Part shown: positions 13,301 to 26,900 of the stretch, one piece after another
Layout: each line of letters opens with the position of its first letter
Position numbering within the stretch: the first letter of the stretch is position 1
Assembly (NCBI GenBank): GCA_977016875.1
Contig: CDRNST010000122.1
Span: forward strand, 3,472,001 to 3,536,000
Length of the DNA stretch: 64,000 nucleotides
From: Pavona decussata
Lineage: Eukaryota
Direction: 5' to 3'
Position numbers and translations under genes: made by a program
Notes under the pieces: model-generated
Seen by the model: only the letters and a program-made list of their open reading frames with translations
The model's database searches: none
Told to the model about the DNA's origin: nothing

Positions 13301-16300
13301 TACACTTCGTTTTAACGCCTGGGATGTTGGTAATGTTGTAACACGTGACTTGTGAGCCCACGGTGAATTTTCCGCCGGCGTCATCATCTAAAGTGAATGT
13401 CAAGCTTTGAACCTCGTCATGGTCGTAGGCTTGAAGTGTCCCTACAGTTGTGTCCGTTTTGGAGTTCTCATTTACTTTTGGTTGGTTATCGGCGAAAGAC
13501 TGCTGCCCCGATGATGACGTTATGGAAATGTTTATGGGAGCTTCATTGATATTTTCCACGACAACTACAAATGTCTTGTTAACCTGTAAAAAAAATATAT
13601 GACTTAGCTTAAGATTATGTAATTTCACCTCACGACTATGAAATGATCTTCATGCAAGCATGCGTAGAAAACAACAAATGTGCTGAGAAATTGAAGGATG
13701 GGCGAACGAAACCTGTGAAACCTCTCGTTAACAAGAAAATAACAAAAAGTTGTGAAATCGAAAGAGAAAGCGGAGGGGGAGGGGGGATGAGGAAGGGACT
13801 TCGAAAATTCGGCTTTGATAAATACGGGTGTGTCAAAGTTTCGCAAAACAGGCGTCAGAAACAAATGAGGAGGAGAGGAGTTGTGGTTCTTTTATATCGC
13901 CTTTGACAGTTGTTTAACGCAGTCAAAGACATTAAACCATTTGATGCGCATTTAAGATACCTCTGGATTCCTCTGTACTAATCAAAGAAGAAGAAGAATC
14001 TTTATTGATTTATACCGCTCAGGGTAGCCCCTTCAGATGCAAAAAGCTGTCTGTTATCAATGGGAGCCCTGAACACAACAATGTACTAAACCTATAGTAT
14101 ACATATGCATTACACTAATACTGATAATAATATATCAAGAAAGTTCGTTAAAAAGAGTGCAACCATAGTAATAGAAAGATCGTTTTGCGATCTCAGTCCT
14201 CACTGTAGGCGGATGTAAAAGGTTGCTTTGTCTAGTGGCGCGCGCATGGATTGTATTATTACGTTTAAAATTTAACATTTGACCGCACCTTTGCCCGACA
14301 TTGGTAACAATCATTGGCGTGCTATCTTTGATTAAAAACAAAGACAGTTTATGCCAACTTTAACAAACCGATAAATATCAAAAGTGAGTGGTAAGGTGAA
14401 TGGTTCCGAAAGGTGAGGTAGGGAAGAGAATTACGTTCTCAAGACTTCCGAAAAGAGCGAGAAGAGGATTGTCGCTCCTATTAGGCTTTGTACATCATGA
14501 TCGCTCTTATGTCACTCCTACCCCTTCATTCAGGTCTAGGTGGCTAAAAAGCTAATATATGAAAGGCAGACCTTCCGCTGTTGTACCGACTAAAGTACAG
14601 AGTACTAAGACAAAAAGGAACAAGGCTTCATGTAGAACTGTTTTCTTAACGTACCTCTAAAGGCGGCTTTCCGTTATCCCTCACCATAGCAACGACCTTG
14701 TGAGTCTTGCTAGTCTCGTAATCTGTTCCTTTTGCTTTGATTAAATAACCCGAGGAGTCAACCGCGAACCTCCCTCCATCACTGTTCACCAAAGAAAACT
14801 GTAGCGTTTGTGATGTGTCCTCGTCTGTTGCGGAAAACCGACCGATTCTTGTTCCGATTGTCGCATTTTCTTTTACCGTATGACCAGACAGTTTAAAATC
14901 ACGTGGTCGGTCATTGACGTCAATCAATGTAATTGACAGGCTTGCTTCGCTGCTCTGAGGGGGGTTCCCATTGTCTGTAGCACGCACGCGCAGTGTGTAG
15001 TGCTGCTGTTTTTCGTAGTTGAACTTGCAGAAGTCTCCACCATTTTTAAGGCAGTCATCGTTTGGCAAAGCAACATTGAGCTGATTTCCATCCAGCTTAA
15101 ATCTCCCTCCAGCTCCGTCGGCTAGTGTATAAACATGGATTTGTCCCTGGTCTGGATCTTGCGAGGAGATATTTCCGATCACTGTGTCTTGTGGGGGATT
15201 TTCATTGACAAAGGTATTCGACAAAGTTATGTTAAATGGCTTTTCATTAACATCTGCAAAGGAAAGTAAAAACAAACAGACTTAGGAGCAAGAATCAAAC
15301 TTCGCTGTTTCCAGCTGAAAAAAAAAAATCCTTACAAGAGCTTGCTTACATTCTTCCTTGAGAAGTTTTGCGTATTTCAACAATCATTCGACTGTTCCCG
15401 GATTCTGTGTTTTCGTGCAAAAGAGTAGATCGCATGATTGCAGCATTACAAGCACGAACGCGAGGGCAGCGCGTCAAAATTGTTTTTCACAATAACTGTC
15501 TTTTTTTATCGCGCGCTCATTGCCGGCTATTAAATTTTTGTCGGCAATGCGAGTTCAGACAACTGTCAACTGGAAAATACGAAACTTTCAAAAATTCCAA
15601 TCGTCCAATATTGTTAAGAATTTTAGTCTACCAGCACCTAATTCTCCGAATTATTACGAAGGGTTTTGGAATCTTAAGCTTAACTTTCGCAGTTTCCCGC
15701 ATTCTGTTCCATTAACTCGCGTTTAAACCAAATTGTTCTCCTTGTGTTTTGTAAACGTCATTACATTGTCAAAGTCTGCTGTGAACTTTAACCAGATCAT
15801 GACGTAATTTATCATCAGCAAGAGGACAGTCGCGTTAAAACTGATGCTAATTTGTTAAATAGAGAAGAATAGGACGACAACAAAGAGTGTTCGCAATCCT
15901 GAACTGATCAGTATCGGCAGCCTTCATATTTTTTTCTGTCCATAATTAACTTACCGACAACGGATATCTGGAAAGTCTTCACAAAACTGAGCGGAGGGTC
16001 ACCGCTGTCCATCGACCTGACCGTGATGTTCCAGGAGGACTGGGCCTCATAGTTCAAGCTTCTTGTTGAATTCAGTGCGTTGCTGTCGATTATAAATGGC
16101 AGACGAGCGGTGTTCCCCATGAGGGTGTACGTAAAGGACTGCCTGTCGTTCGGTTGATTGGTATTATCCGGGTCAGCGGTGGAGAAGAAGCCTAAAAATC
16201 ACAAAAGGAAAGTAGTTTGAGTCACAGTAATGCCAGCTGCCTTAATTTACCACTGAGCTGTTTTTAGTCTCGTGGCAAGTAAGGTTATTTTTATTTGCTT

Positions 16301-17927
16301 CGCGTGAGACATATGTCTTACATACTGCTGCGGTAACACTTCATTATTTCATTCAAATAGACAAGCCTTCTTCCTTACCTATTAGCGATGGAAGTTGATT
16401 CTCAGCTACAACGCTGCTTGACAAAGAAATGCCCGTGGGAGCCTCATTCACATCTTCAACTGTAACGGAGAGAATTTTCACCAGATACAATGACGGAGAG
16501 CCGCTATCAGAGCACTTCACCTGAACACGAATTACCGAAGCTTGCTCGTAGTCTAAACTTGCGCTCCCCACGGTAAGAGTGTTGGATTGAATCGTAAATT
16601 TCCCAATCTGGTTTCCAGTAACCTGGCAGGTGTGAGTTTGCCACGCACCACGTGACCCATAGTTGTCCGGGTCACTGATATTGAGCTGACCGATCCAGGT
16701 CCCTGGAGAACTGTTCTCGGTGATGCTCGTGGGCGCAAGAGTTATGTTTACTGGGGCTTCGTTTACATCAAGGACGCTGATCTGGAAGTCCTGCGTCACA
16801 CCGAGAGAGGGTGATCCACTATCGTTGCTTTGTATTCTGACTGAAAACCGATTTTGAACTTCGTAATCCAGATTAGCGGAAGAAGACACATAAAGCTTGT
16901 CATTTTGAATCACAAATCGACCACCGGCGTTATCCAAAAGCTTGTACGTATGCGTCTGCGCAACATCTTGGTCACTAGTCACCAGTTGTCCAATCAGTGC
17001 GCCGTTGGAATTTTCGTTCACAGACGCGGCGTTACTTCCACCCACAGTAATATTTTCAGGCGGATCGTTTTGATCGACGACGCTTATCTTCAGCTGTTGA
17101 GTCATGAAAAGACCTTTCTTATCAGTCACGCGTACCATAACGTAATACTCCTTAGAAGTTTCATAGTCCAGAACTCCATTCGATTGAAGATCTATTGTAC
17201 ATTTTGAGTTTATCCCAGGGATATTGGTGATCGTCTGGCAATTCGCAGAACTTCCCAACTTGAATTTTCCGCCAGCATCGTCGTCGAGTCTAAAAGTTAA
17301 CGACTGAACAGCGTCATGATCCAGAGCCTCCAGCGTTCCGATCTTTGTTCCGATGGCAGAGTTTTCGCGAATCTGCGCATATCCGTCAGGGAATGACAGC
17401 TGTCCTCCTGCTGAGGTGACGTTGATGTTGATTGGTGCCTCGTTCACGTCCAATACTTCAATTGTGAAGGATTTCTCCATCTTAAAAGAAACAAGGAATG
17501 TGTCAAGGACGGTGCCTAATAATATCGAAGTATTTTTGTGCGGTTTATGACTATGCGGGAAAAGCAGATCTTAGGAAGGCCTATTGGAATTCAAAACTAA
17601 AATTGGGGGTAACCACGCATTTTTCAAAGATGATTAAGCAATAATATGTCTAAAAAACGCCAAAATATGAAGCAATGTATGGGATTTTTTCCTAAATTGA
17701 AGCTTAATTATCTCTGAAAAATGCATGGTTACCCCCAATTTTCTTCCGAGATACCAAAAGCGTTTGCAAAGTTCTGCTTTCTCCGCATAGTTTTAAACCG
17801 CGCAAAAATATTCCTGCATTAGCAGGCACCACCCATAGGAAACCCGAGTATCTCGAGATGCACAGAACGTATGCGCAGTAACAAAAGTAGGCACCGTCCT
17901 TAAGGGATAATGTTGTTGTTGATGATA

Positions 17928-17963
<36 letters not shown>

Positions 17964-20900
17964 ACGGTGATCAATGTGTCTTACCTTCATGGAAGGGTTT
18001 CCGCTATCCTGCACCATCGTTCTTATGACATGAGTAGTTTGGGTTTCATAGTCGACATCTTTTGCTTTGTACAGTCTCCCCCTGGAATCAACCCTAAAGC
18101 GCCCGTTGTCGTCATTGGTCAGCGAATACGTCAATGATTGGCTTGTATCTTCGTCGCGTGCTGCAAAACTAACCGTACAAAAGAAAGATTACATCAGTAG
18201 CAATCACTTATTATTTCCCAGAGGTTACTGCACACAGAAATCCCGGCATGTAAGGACAAATCAGATTACATTTCCTGGGAAATGAGGAAACAATCAATGT
18301 TCTAAAAACCAAAACATCTTATTTGAAAATTAACGTCAAATAAGCCAATTAACAAGACTGTCACATGTCACTCACCTGCCAATCAGAGTATTACTAGTTG
18401 CATTTTCTTTTACTTTGTTATTAGACAGCTGCAAGTCACGTGGCCTGTCGTTGACGTCACGCAAATCAATCCTGAAGTCTTTCTCGAATGACAGCTGTGG
18501 TGTTCCATCGTCTGTTGTTTTCACTCGAATCACGTGACTGTTTTGCGTCTCGTAGTTCAAAAGACAAGAAGAACCTCCTTGGCTCAAACACTGATTGTTG
18601 GAAATGGCAACCTATAAAAAGGAATTAAATTGTTAACGCTGGGACTATTATGAACTTCTGTTAATAGTTCAAACTTAACGATCAGGCATAAGTAGATGAC
18701 TGCGATTTTATGTTTGCTGCTCCGAGACTCTGGAACATGCTGCCGTTAGACGCTGGGAATTCGTACACTCTGATTACCTTTAAATTAATATTTTTTACTA
18801 GATTTCCTTTTCTGCGTGACTGGTCATTTTTATAGCCCCTCCCGCCCGCCAACCCAAGACGCAAGCTAACATTTTTATGAAAGTCTGTGCGTTACACATT
18901 TATATGCATGTTATATTATTAAAACAGCGAAGGTCGAGCATTAAATTTTCGCCAGAATATAATCTGCCCATTGGCTATTTTTGAAGTTTGTATTTTGAGG
19001 GAGCAAATTGAAACAAATGGGAACAGTTTCAACGTGTCAATAATTTTACCTTAATTTTGTTCCCATCTACTTTAAATCTTCCAGCGGCGCTGCTCATCAG
19101 TTGGAACGTATGGTTTTGTGACTTATCTTGATCCAGCGCTGTTAATGTCCCGATCAACGTGTCCTTGTCGCTGTTTTCATCCACAACAGAACTTGAGAGC
19201 TAAAACAACAGAAAGAAAATATCTCCTTGTCACACCAGGACACTGCATAACTTAAGCATCACATGGCTTCCTTTTAAAGCATAGGCGTATATGTAAAGTT
19301 TCTTTATTTGCCCGTGTGTTAGAGATAGAGAAAAGTCTTTAACGTTTCGTAATCTCAAGAAAAACTTCAATTTTCCAGTAAGTGTTAGTTTCCTTTTTTT
19401 TCAGAACCGAGTCTTCTTTCCTAATAACTTCATACAAGGCTTATATAACAAATTTGTGTGTCGTATTTCACGACAAAAGGCTGCGTACAACACGATGCTT
19501 AAACTCTTTCTCAATAATACACATCTTCATAAACACGCCGTTCTTTTCTCAAAAGCGCAGTTGGAAAATTCTCAGCATAAAAAGAACAACATTCTCACCA
19601 CAATTGCACTTGGAGCGTCATTTACGTCAATAACTTGAATAGTGAAGGTCTCAGTCCTGGACAGAGGAGGGTTCCCATCATCCTTTGCCTTCACACGGAT
19701 AACCCATTGAGCATTGTTCTCAAAATCCAGGACTCTTTTGGTAACAAGTGTGCTATTTTGTATTTCGAATGGTTGGCTTGGATCAGAGGACGAAATAGAG
19801 AATGAAAATGTTTGAACCTGGCTTTTAGCATTGTCTGGATCAGTAACATTGATCCGTGCCACTATGGAGCCACTTTTTTTGTTTTCCTGAACTTGATTAT
19901 TTGTAAGAATAATTCCTGTCGGCGCCTCGTTCAAGTCCTGGACCAGAATCACAAACGAGTTTTCCACCGTAAGGCCACCTGGATCGCGACACAGAACTTT
20001 CACACTAAACGAGCTCGCATCTTCATAATTAACGCCTGTGCTACCAACGGTCAGTTGATTGTTGCTTAAAGCTACCCTCCCATTGGCTGAATCGGTTAAA
20101 CTGCACACGTGACTTTGCTGTCTGTCAGGGTCGCTGACAGTTAACTGACCAATCACCGTTCCGGTGGGTTTATTTTCTTGAACGTTGCTATTGGACAGCG
20201 TTATATTGGTTGGTTTCTCGTTAATGTCTTGTAGGTCAATAACTAACGCTATCTGCACGGACTGAGGTGGATTACCATTGTCGGTCGAATTCACTGTGAT
20301 TTGGTAACTCTTAGACGACTCGTAATCGAGATTAGCGCTTCTAGAAGCGAACAACTTATCTCCTCTTATTTCGAAATTTCCTCCGGGATTACTGATCAAG
20401 GTGTAAGAGAAACTTTGTCCCTGATCCTCATCTTCTGTTATGAGACTGTCGATTTGAACATCTTTACTGTTCTCAGGAATCAAAGCAGTCATACTTCCAT
20501 CTAGCGTGACATTTGTGGGCGGGTCATTCATGTCAATCACTGTGACGTTAAACAGATCCGTGAGAAAAAGCCCTTTGTCATCTGTCACGCGCACAATGAT
20601 ATTTAAGCTTGACGCATCCTCGTAGTTGATATCGCCGCTGACCAATAGGCCTGTACTACAACGTGTTCCGGTTGACGTGTTTTGGCAAGAGGTGTTTGCT
20701 TCAAGAGAAAATTTACCAGCTGCATCATCGTCTAGTTTAAAAGTTAATATCTGTACAGCATCAGAGTCCGCGGCCGATAAAGTACCCACGCGAGTTCCAG
20801 GCTTCGAATTCTCTGGCACGCTCTTTGAAGAGAGAGTGATGGCGACTGGAGGCTCGTTGACATCCAGCACGATAATGGAAAAGTTCTTAGTCATCTGAAA

Positions 20901-23900
20901 AATAGATTGAAAAACAACTACCTTTTAATTTCATTTTTATGGACAGTGTCATTGGAAGGCCCACTTCCCCAAATGGCTTTGATTTTCATTACAAGAGTTT
21001 CAGTTTTTTCCAGTTAATTGTCTAGTACAAATAAAATATAATCTGCAACTTCACTTTTACTGTACAGGCAAACAAAAAAATATTCTAGAATTTCAAAAGT
21101 AGATGATTGGAACTATGCGCGTATTTTGCACTTCGCAAGCAATGCGTATGGCGCGACAGCTTCCGTTAAAAAATTCGGCTTTGCTGTATCCTTAGGCATC
21201 CTGTGCACTTACCGATAAAGATGGATTTCCATCATCAGTCACTTTGGCCACAATGTAGTGCACTTTACTTGTTTCGTAATCTGTTGACTTTGCTTTGTAA
21301 AGAACACCCTTACTGTCTAAAGAAAATCTGCCAGAATCGTCATCAACCAATGAAAAATTCAGCTTTTGACCTTTGTCCTCGTCACTGGCAGAAAGATTGC
21401 CGATGTTGAAGTTAATTGAGGCGTTTTCTACCACCTTATAATTGGACAATTGCAGGCCACGTGGTTGATCGTTGATATCATTTAAAGTGATGTTAAATGA
21501 CGCCTCAACAGTTTGTGGTGGAGAGCCGCTGTCAGTGCTGCGGACTCTTATGGTATAAGACGATGCACTTTCGTAGTTAAGCAGGCATTGAGAACCACCA
21601 TTCAACAAACAATTTCTGTTGGATTTTGCCACCTACAAGAAAAAGAAAAAAGAGAAAGAGAAATCGTTGGATTAACTCTTTACTAAGCCACATCAAATGA
21701 TCCTTGTTACGGCAACATTTGAGTCTTGTGGATGCAATTCTAAACCACGACGACCGTGCATTTAACGTTGACGGTGCACCTCTCAATGGCAAGGTTATGT
21801 CCTACCAGCCTGATTTGGAATGGTACAAAAAATTGACTACTTTTGAAAGTATCTACTCTAGATTGACAAGGCAACGTTCGGATTTTCAAACTCGGATCCA
21901 TTGAAGAGGGTGAGTTAATCTTAGAATGCGCTTATGAAGTCATTTACCTGGACAGTATTTCCTTGAATTTTAAATCTCCCACCAGCGCCATCAAGCAGTG
22001 TGTAACTGTATGTCTGTCCTTTATCCGGGTCAGCGGTACTGAGCATGCCCACTACGGTGTCCACGTCACTATTCTCATCAACTGAGTTGCTTGACAACTG
22101 CAATAGAAAACAAAGGAATAAACATACGCAACTGGGTGGATCGCTGCTTCCTCTTCCTCCTCCACACAGGGTAGGGGTGGGGGTGGAGATTTCCAAAACT
22201 GCAGAGTGAGATCTGAGTAGGAGATAAGAAAACTGGTAAAGAGGGCAGGAGCGGGAATTAAAAAGCCATCAGTGAGAAGGTGTTCTATCATTCGTACTGA
22301 GTGGCTTTCCATCCAGGATCGAAAGTAATTGAACGTTTGCTTTGGTTTTGCTTTACCACCCTCTGTATTACTATAACTGGTTTAGAAAAGCTCGCGCTAC
22401 TTGCATTGTATTTCTTAATCAGTGTGCGCGCAATAACTTTTCTGTAATTGAAAGAATGCTATTTGCTTGTTTTAGCAAAGNNNNNNNNNNNNNNNNNNNN
22501 NNNNNNNNNNNNNNNNNNNNNNNNNNNNNNNNNNNNNNNNNNNNNNNNNNNNNNNNNNNNNNNNNNNNNNNNNNNNNNNNNNNNNNNNNNNNNNNNNNNN
22601 NNNNNNNNNNNNNNNNNNNNNNNNNNNNNNNNNNNNNNNNNNNNNNNNNNNNNNNNNNNNNNNNNNNNNNNNNNNNNNNNNNNNNNNNNNNNNNNNNNNN
22701 NNNNNNNNNNNNNNNNNNNNNNNNNNNNNNNNNNNNNNNNNNNNNNNNNNNNNNNNNNNNNNNNNNNNNNNNNNNNNNGCAGCAAGAATGGTCTTATTAC
22801 TTTTTACTGTTGGTCGACCTAACTGGTGTATTTGATACCATTGACCATTCTGTTTTAGTCAGAAGATTGCAATTTTGGTTCAACGGATCGGGCTGTTTTT
22901 AACTGTTTGGGATATAAAGATTGACTGAGGTACGACGTAGGATCTGATAAACTCTAACTTTGATTATTATGTCACTACAGTTTCTGTGTTTTAATTTGGG
23001 GAATACACCCTATCTGGCATGGTCTCGTGGCTGTTTAGTTACCTGGATTGCTGTAGGCTTTTCGTTGACGTCCGTGACAACGATGGTAAATGTTTTCTCA
23101 AGCTTCATTGGTGGACTGCCGTTGTCTGTACTCCTTATAACAAGTGAGAATCTAGGGCGTAACAAAAAATAAAACTGATGAGAAATTCATGCTCAAAACC
23201 AACCATTAATTGCAGAGATTAGATAGCCAAAAACACAACCACACAAAAGAGACACAGAATTCCCACAACACGGCAACAGGCAGGAATTAAAGATCAATTC
23301 GAAAAAGGACAATCGGAAGAAATTTTTCTGAAAGGATTGACCCGTTCAGTCCTTTGTTCCAGTACGAAAAGCGGAAGAAGTGAAGACATCACCATTCACT
23401 GTTGACACGACTACACCATGAACAGGCCGCAAGTCAGGTTGAAGAATTTTTACTACCCTTGCTATTCAAAGCATTTTAACGCAGTCTGCTCTATGCATTG
23501 AACTTACTGCTCTTCCTGCAGATTTTATTTACTGCCAAGTAACACAGCTCATCACTCACTTGTTCGGAGATGACTCATAATCGAAGGAAGTCAGTGTAGA
23601 CAGATTCGCTCCCCGCAGCTCAAATTTGCCACTACCCCCGCTTACAATAATGTACGTGTGCTGGTCTTGAGAATTAGGATCCACGGAGGTGAATGTCCCA
23701 ACTTTAGTGCCACGTGGTCTGTTTTCTGGAACACTGGCTGAGCCGGACAGAACAATCTGGAAAAGAGATATCTTGCATGGTCAGTCAGAATACCGCTTAG
23801 TTTTTACAACGAGAAAAACAAACAAACAGCAATGACCCGATCTCATAAAACTGAGGAGCATTCGCCAATTCAAGAAAAAGAAAAAGTAGGATGCTATCGC

Positions 23901-26900
23901 AGGCTATCTTCTAACCTGTGATGGCGGATCATTGTTCCTTCGACAGTATGACGAAGCGTACGAAGACCATTGCCCTGACGTTTGACACGTGACAGTGGAC
24001 GCTCCTGTTATGGAATAATCTTTAGGGCATCCCAGCGAACACGTGACAGGGTAGGTGGTCTTTCCTCCTGGGCACGTGACGACGGCGTGCTTACACGTGC
24101 TGCCCAGTGAAGTACCTGTAAAAATATTAGCAGAGAAATAATGAAGTTCGAGTCATATTTAGCATTTTCTTTTAATCGAATCTCATGAACAAATAAACCT
24201 CAGAAAACAAAATAACGAACTAAAAACAAGCTTTTTACGATCAAGCGTTTTGAGCTTCAAGAGAAAACTTGCGAAGAACTCTAGTTTTCAAAGTACGGAA
24301 TTCGTGTGAAGAGGAAGCAATTTCTAGAAGAGGGGGGTGAATAGGGGTATAGAAATCCGCCGATCCGCTAAAATTAATGGCTGAATCCGTCGATCCGCTC
24401 AAAAAATCAACTAAATCCGAATCTGCAAATGGTTTGCCGCGTTAGATGATACGTGAGGTACAAAGCGACTTCAGTTGTTGGAGTTGCCTTGCGTGATATT
24501 GTGTTTTAGCGTTGAGGATGACTATCAACGAAATATTTATGTAACCAACGTCTGTATCGAAACAAAATCTTGCAGATACGAGAAAAAAGAGCAAACTTGA
24601 ACTTCCTAACAATGATCCTATGATCCGCTGTGATCATAGGATCCGCAGATCCGTTAAAATTTCGCTCTGAATACAGAATCCGGGGTAAAATATTTACCAA
24701 ATCCGCCGATCCGTAGACCTATTCACCCCCCTCCTAGAAGGCCAAGTTCTCACAGAATATATCGCAGCCACCCAGTCAGTAGGATGGTGTTATGAGTTTT
24801 TCATGATTGCTTTTGCTCGATTATATTTAAAGAATGTGTGGTAACATTTTATTTTCTTTAGCATTCCAATAGCCCTTGCGGAGATCTTCTTTTCCCTCAG
24901 AGTCGAAAGCCGCGCAAAAATACCTGTGTATTAGGCACCAGCGTCCTTAAATTCAAGAAGAAGAAGTTCGACAGTTGCTTTTTACGTCGAACTTCACCTG
25001 TGCCGAATCGATGTTATGTTTTACGCACAATTTTACATTTTTCCTAAATGTCATGCGCGAATCGGAAGAAACAAAATGGCGGAATCCGGAGGGATGCGAT
25101 GTGCAGCCCTTGTTTTGCTCCCTCTAAATACACATGTTTAAAATGCGATATTCCATTTTGCATGAAGTGCTCGGATTTTGAAACTGACAACGAGGATGCT
25201 CTAGGATATGATGCACTTGCATAACGAGTCTTCTTCTGTTGACACGAATGAGCTGAGAAATGTATAAACCTAGAGAAGGTGAAAAGCTTCCGGAAGGAAG
25301 AGAAGGTGAAAATGGCATCCGCTATTTGTGTAAGAGCGCGGGAAAAGCCTCGAAATGAAGACGGGGACTGGGAACGAATCTTTACAGAAAAATGAGCGTT
25401 CTAAATCAAATGTTGAATTTAATAATTTGAGTCGACCCAAATGGGTATAAATTCGGCACGTGTGCAATGCCGTCGCTTAAGCAGGGCCTGAAAGGGAAAT
25501 CGCTGAGAAGGAGAAACAGCAAGAATCCTCATTTAATTGAGTCAAAGGAATACCGCTATTTATTATTTCTCTCAGTTAGTAAGCGCGGTGTGATTGGTCC
25601 ATTTTGCAGGCCGTATTACACTGCTAAATTTGAAAGTATTCTTTACCTTGCTCCCGATTAACCTCAGAGATATAAAGAAAATCAACGGGGAAAAACTCAG
25701 TCCGTAACTTTGAGAAAACGAGGTTAGTAAGAGGTATATGGTTATCTTTAGTTGTTTTTATCTAATACTAACCTGGTGCACAGAATGTTGGGTTTGGCAT
25801 TTTGCAATCTTTAGCATTGCAATTCTTGTTGTTTGGGGCCAAATTATAGCCAGCATTACACGAGCAAGCGCCATTCGAGCATTTGTGTTCGCAGCCATTG
25901 TTTGCCGTTCCACATTGGGTATTTTCCTTGAAAAAAAAAATTGAGCAAGTGTAATTCGTATCACGTTGTATGAGCAGTAGATACAAGCTTAACTACGCCT
26001 CCAAAATATCATTTTCGTAAGGGGTTTGGAGGGTAATTAAAGTTTTCAAATGACACTCTGTAAAAACGCGAGGATTGGAAAAAGAGGTGAGATTGTGTCT
26101 GAGGATCTTCAACCAGACATGTACTTGTTTTGCCACGCTAGAGACTGGGGATGAGTGTGAAGGGGTGGTGAAGAGTGGGGCAGGGAGGGTGGATCTTCAA
26201 GATTTTACAGTCTGTACTTTTATCACGCTAGGCTTATCTTAAGCAGTTTTGCGATAATAATGTTTTGCACTAGTTTTAAGGTAATGGTGAAGAAAAGTCT
26301 GAGTGAAAACTTAACTTGAATCAAAGTTCAGCTTAACCCAGAATTGGTTTAATCGCGGCCTTGAACTAATGGGCCCTGACGTCTGTTTCTTGAGATTTCC
26401 AAAGAGTTATTCGGGCTCGAAAATTATTTTAATTATTTTGGCGGTACTTTTACGTAGAAACTAGTCCAGTGTGTTTCTTAATCTTGTAAAACGTTCAACG
26501 TTTAACTTTCAAAATTATTTAAAATCGAATATATATCTGGAACCGAAATTGTTTTTCGGCTCCGAAATGTTTGCGGGAGGTGTAAGAAACGTGAGTCATG
26601 ACATATGGTATGTCATTGTGTACGACATTGAACTGTGCCAACAATGCGCGCAATACTGCATGCAACAAGGTTGAAGTATGTGTCCACCCCCCCCCCCCCC
26701 CTTCCTCCTCCTCTCCTGCCGCGCGTATGTCTGTTTTACCCTGTATAGTGGCCTTCGCAATAAACTGTTATCATGATTTCCTGTGTATTATGATGAAATC
26801 AATATTCACAAACATTACATGCGTCGTCGACTCACTAACATGCAATGTTTGGTTGTTCTCTAGCAAGTTCGTGTCAAACTTTCTATGCTGAGCATTAGGC

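Noticed and set aside
17793-18137. Poly-His and poly-Met ORF segments
   Set aside because: Translation of an intronic (GAT)n microsatellite beyond the donor at 17984.
22342-22902. ORFs spanning the N run
   Set aside because: Artefacts of the assembly gap.
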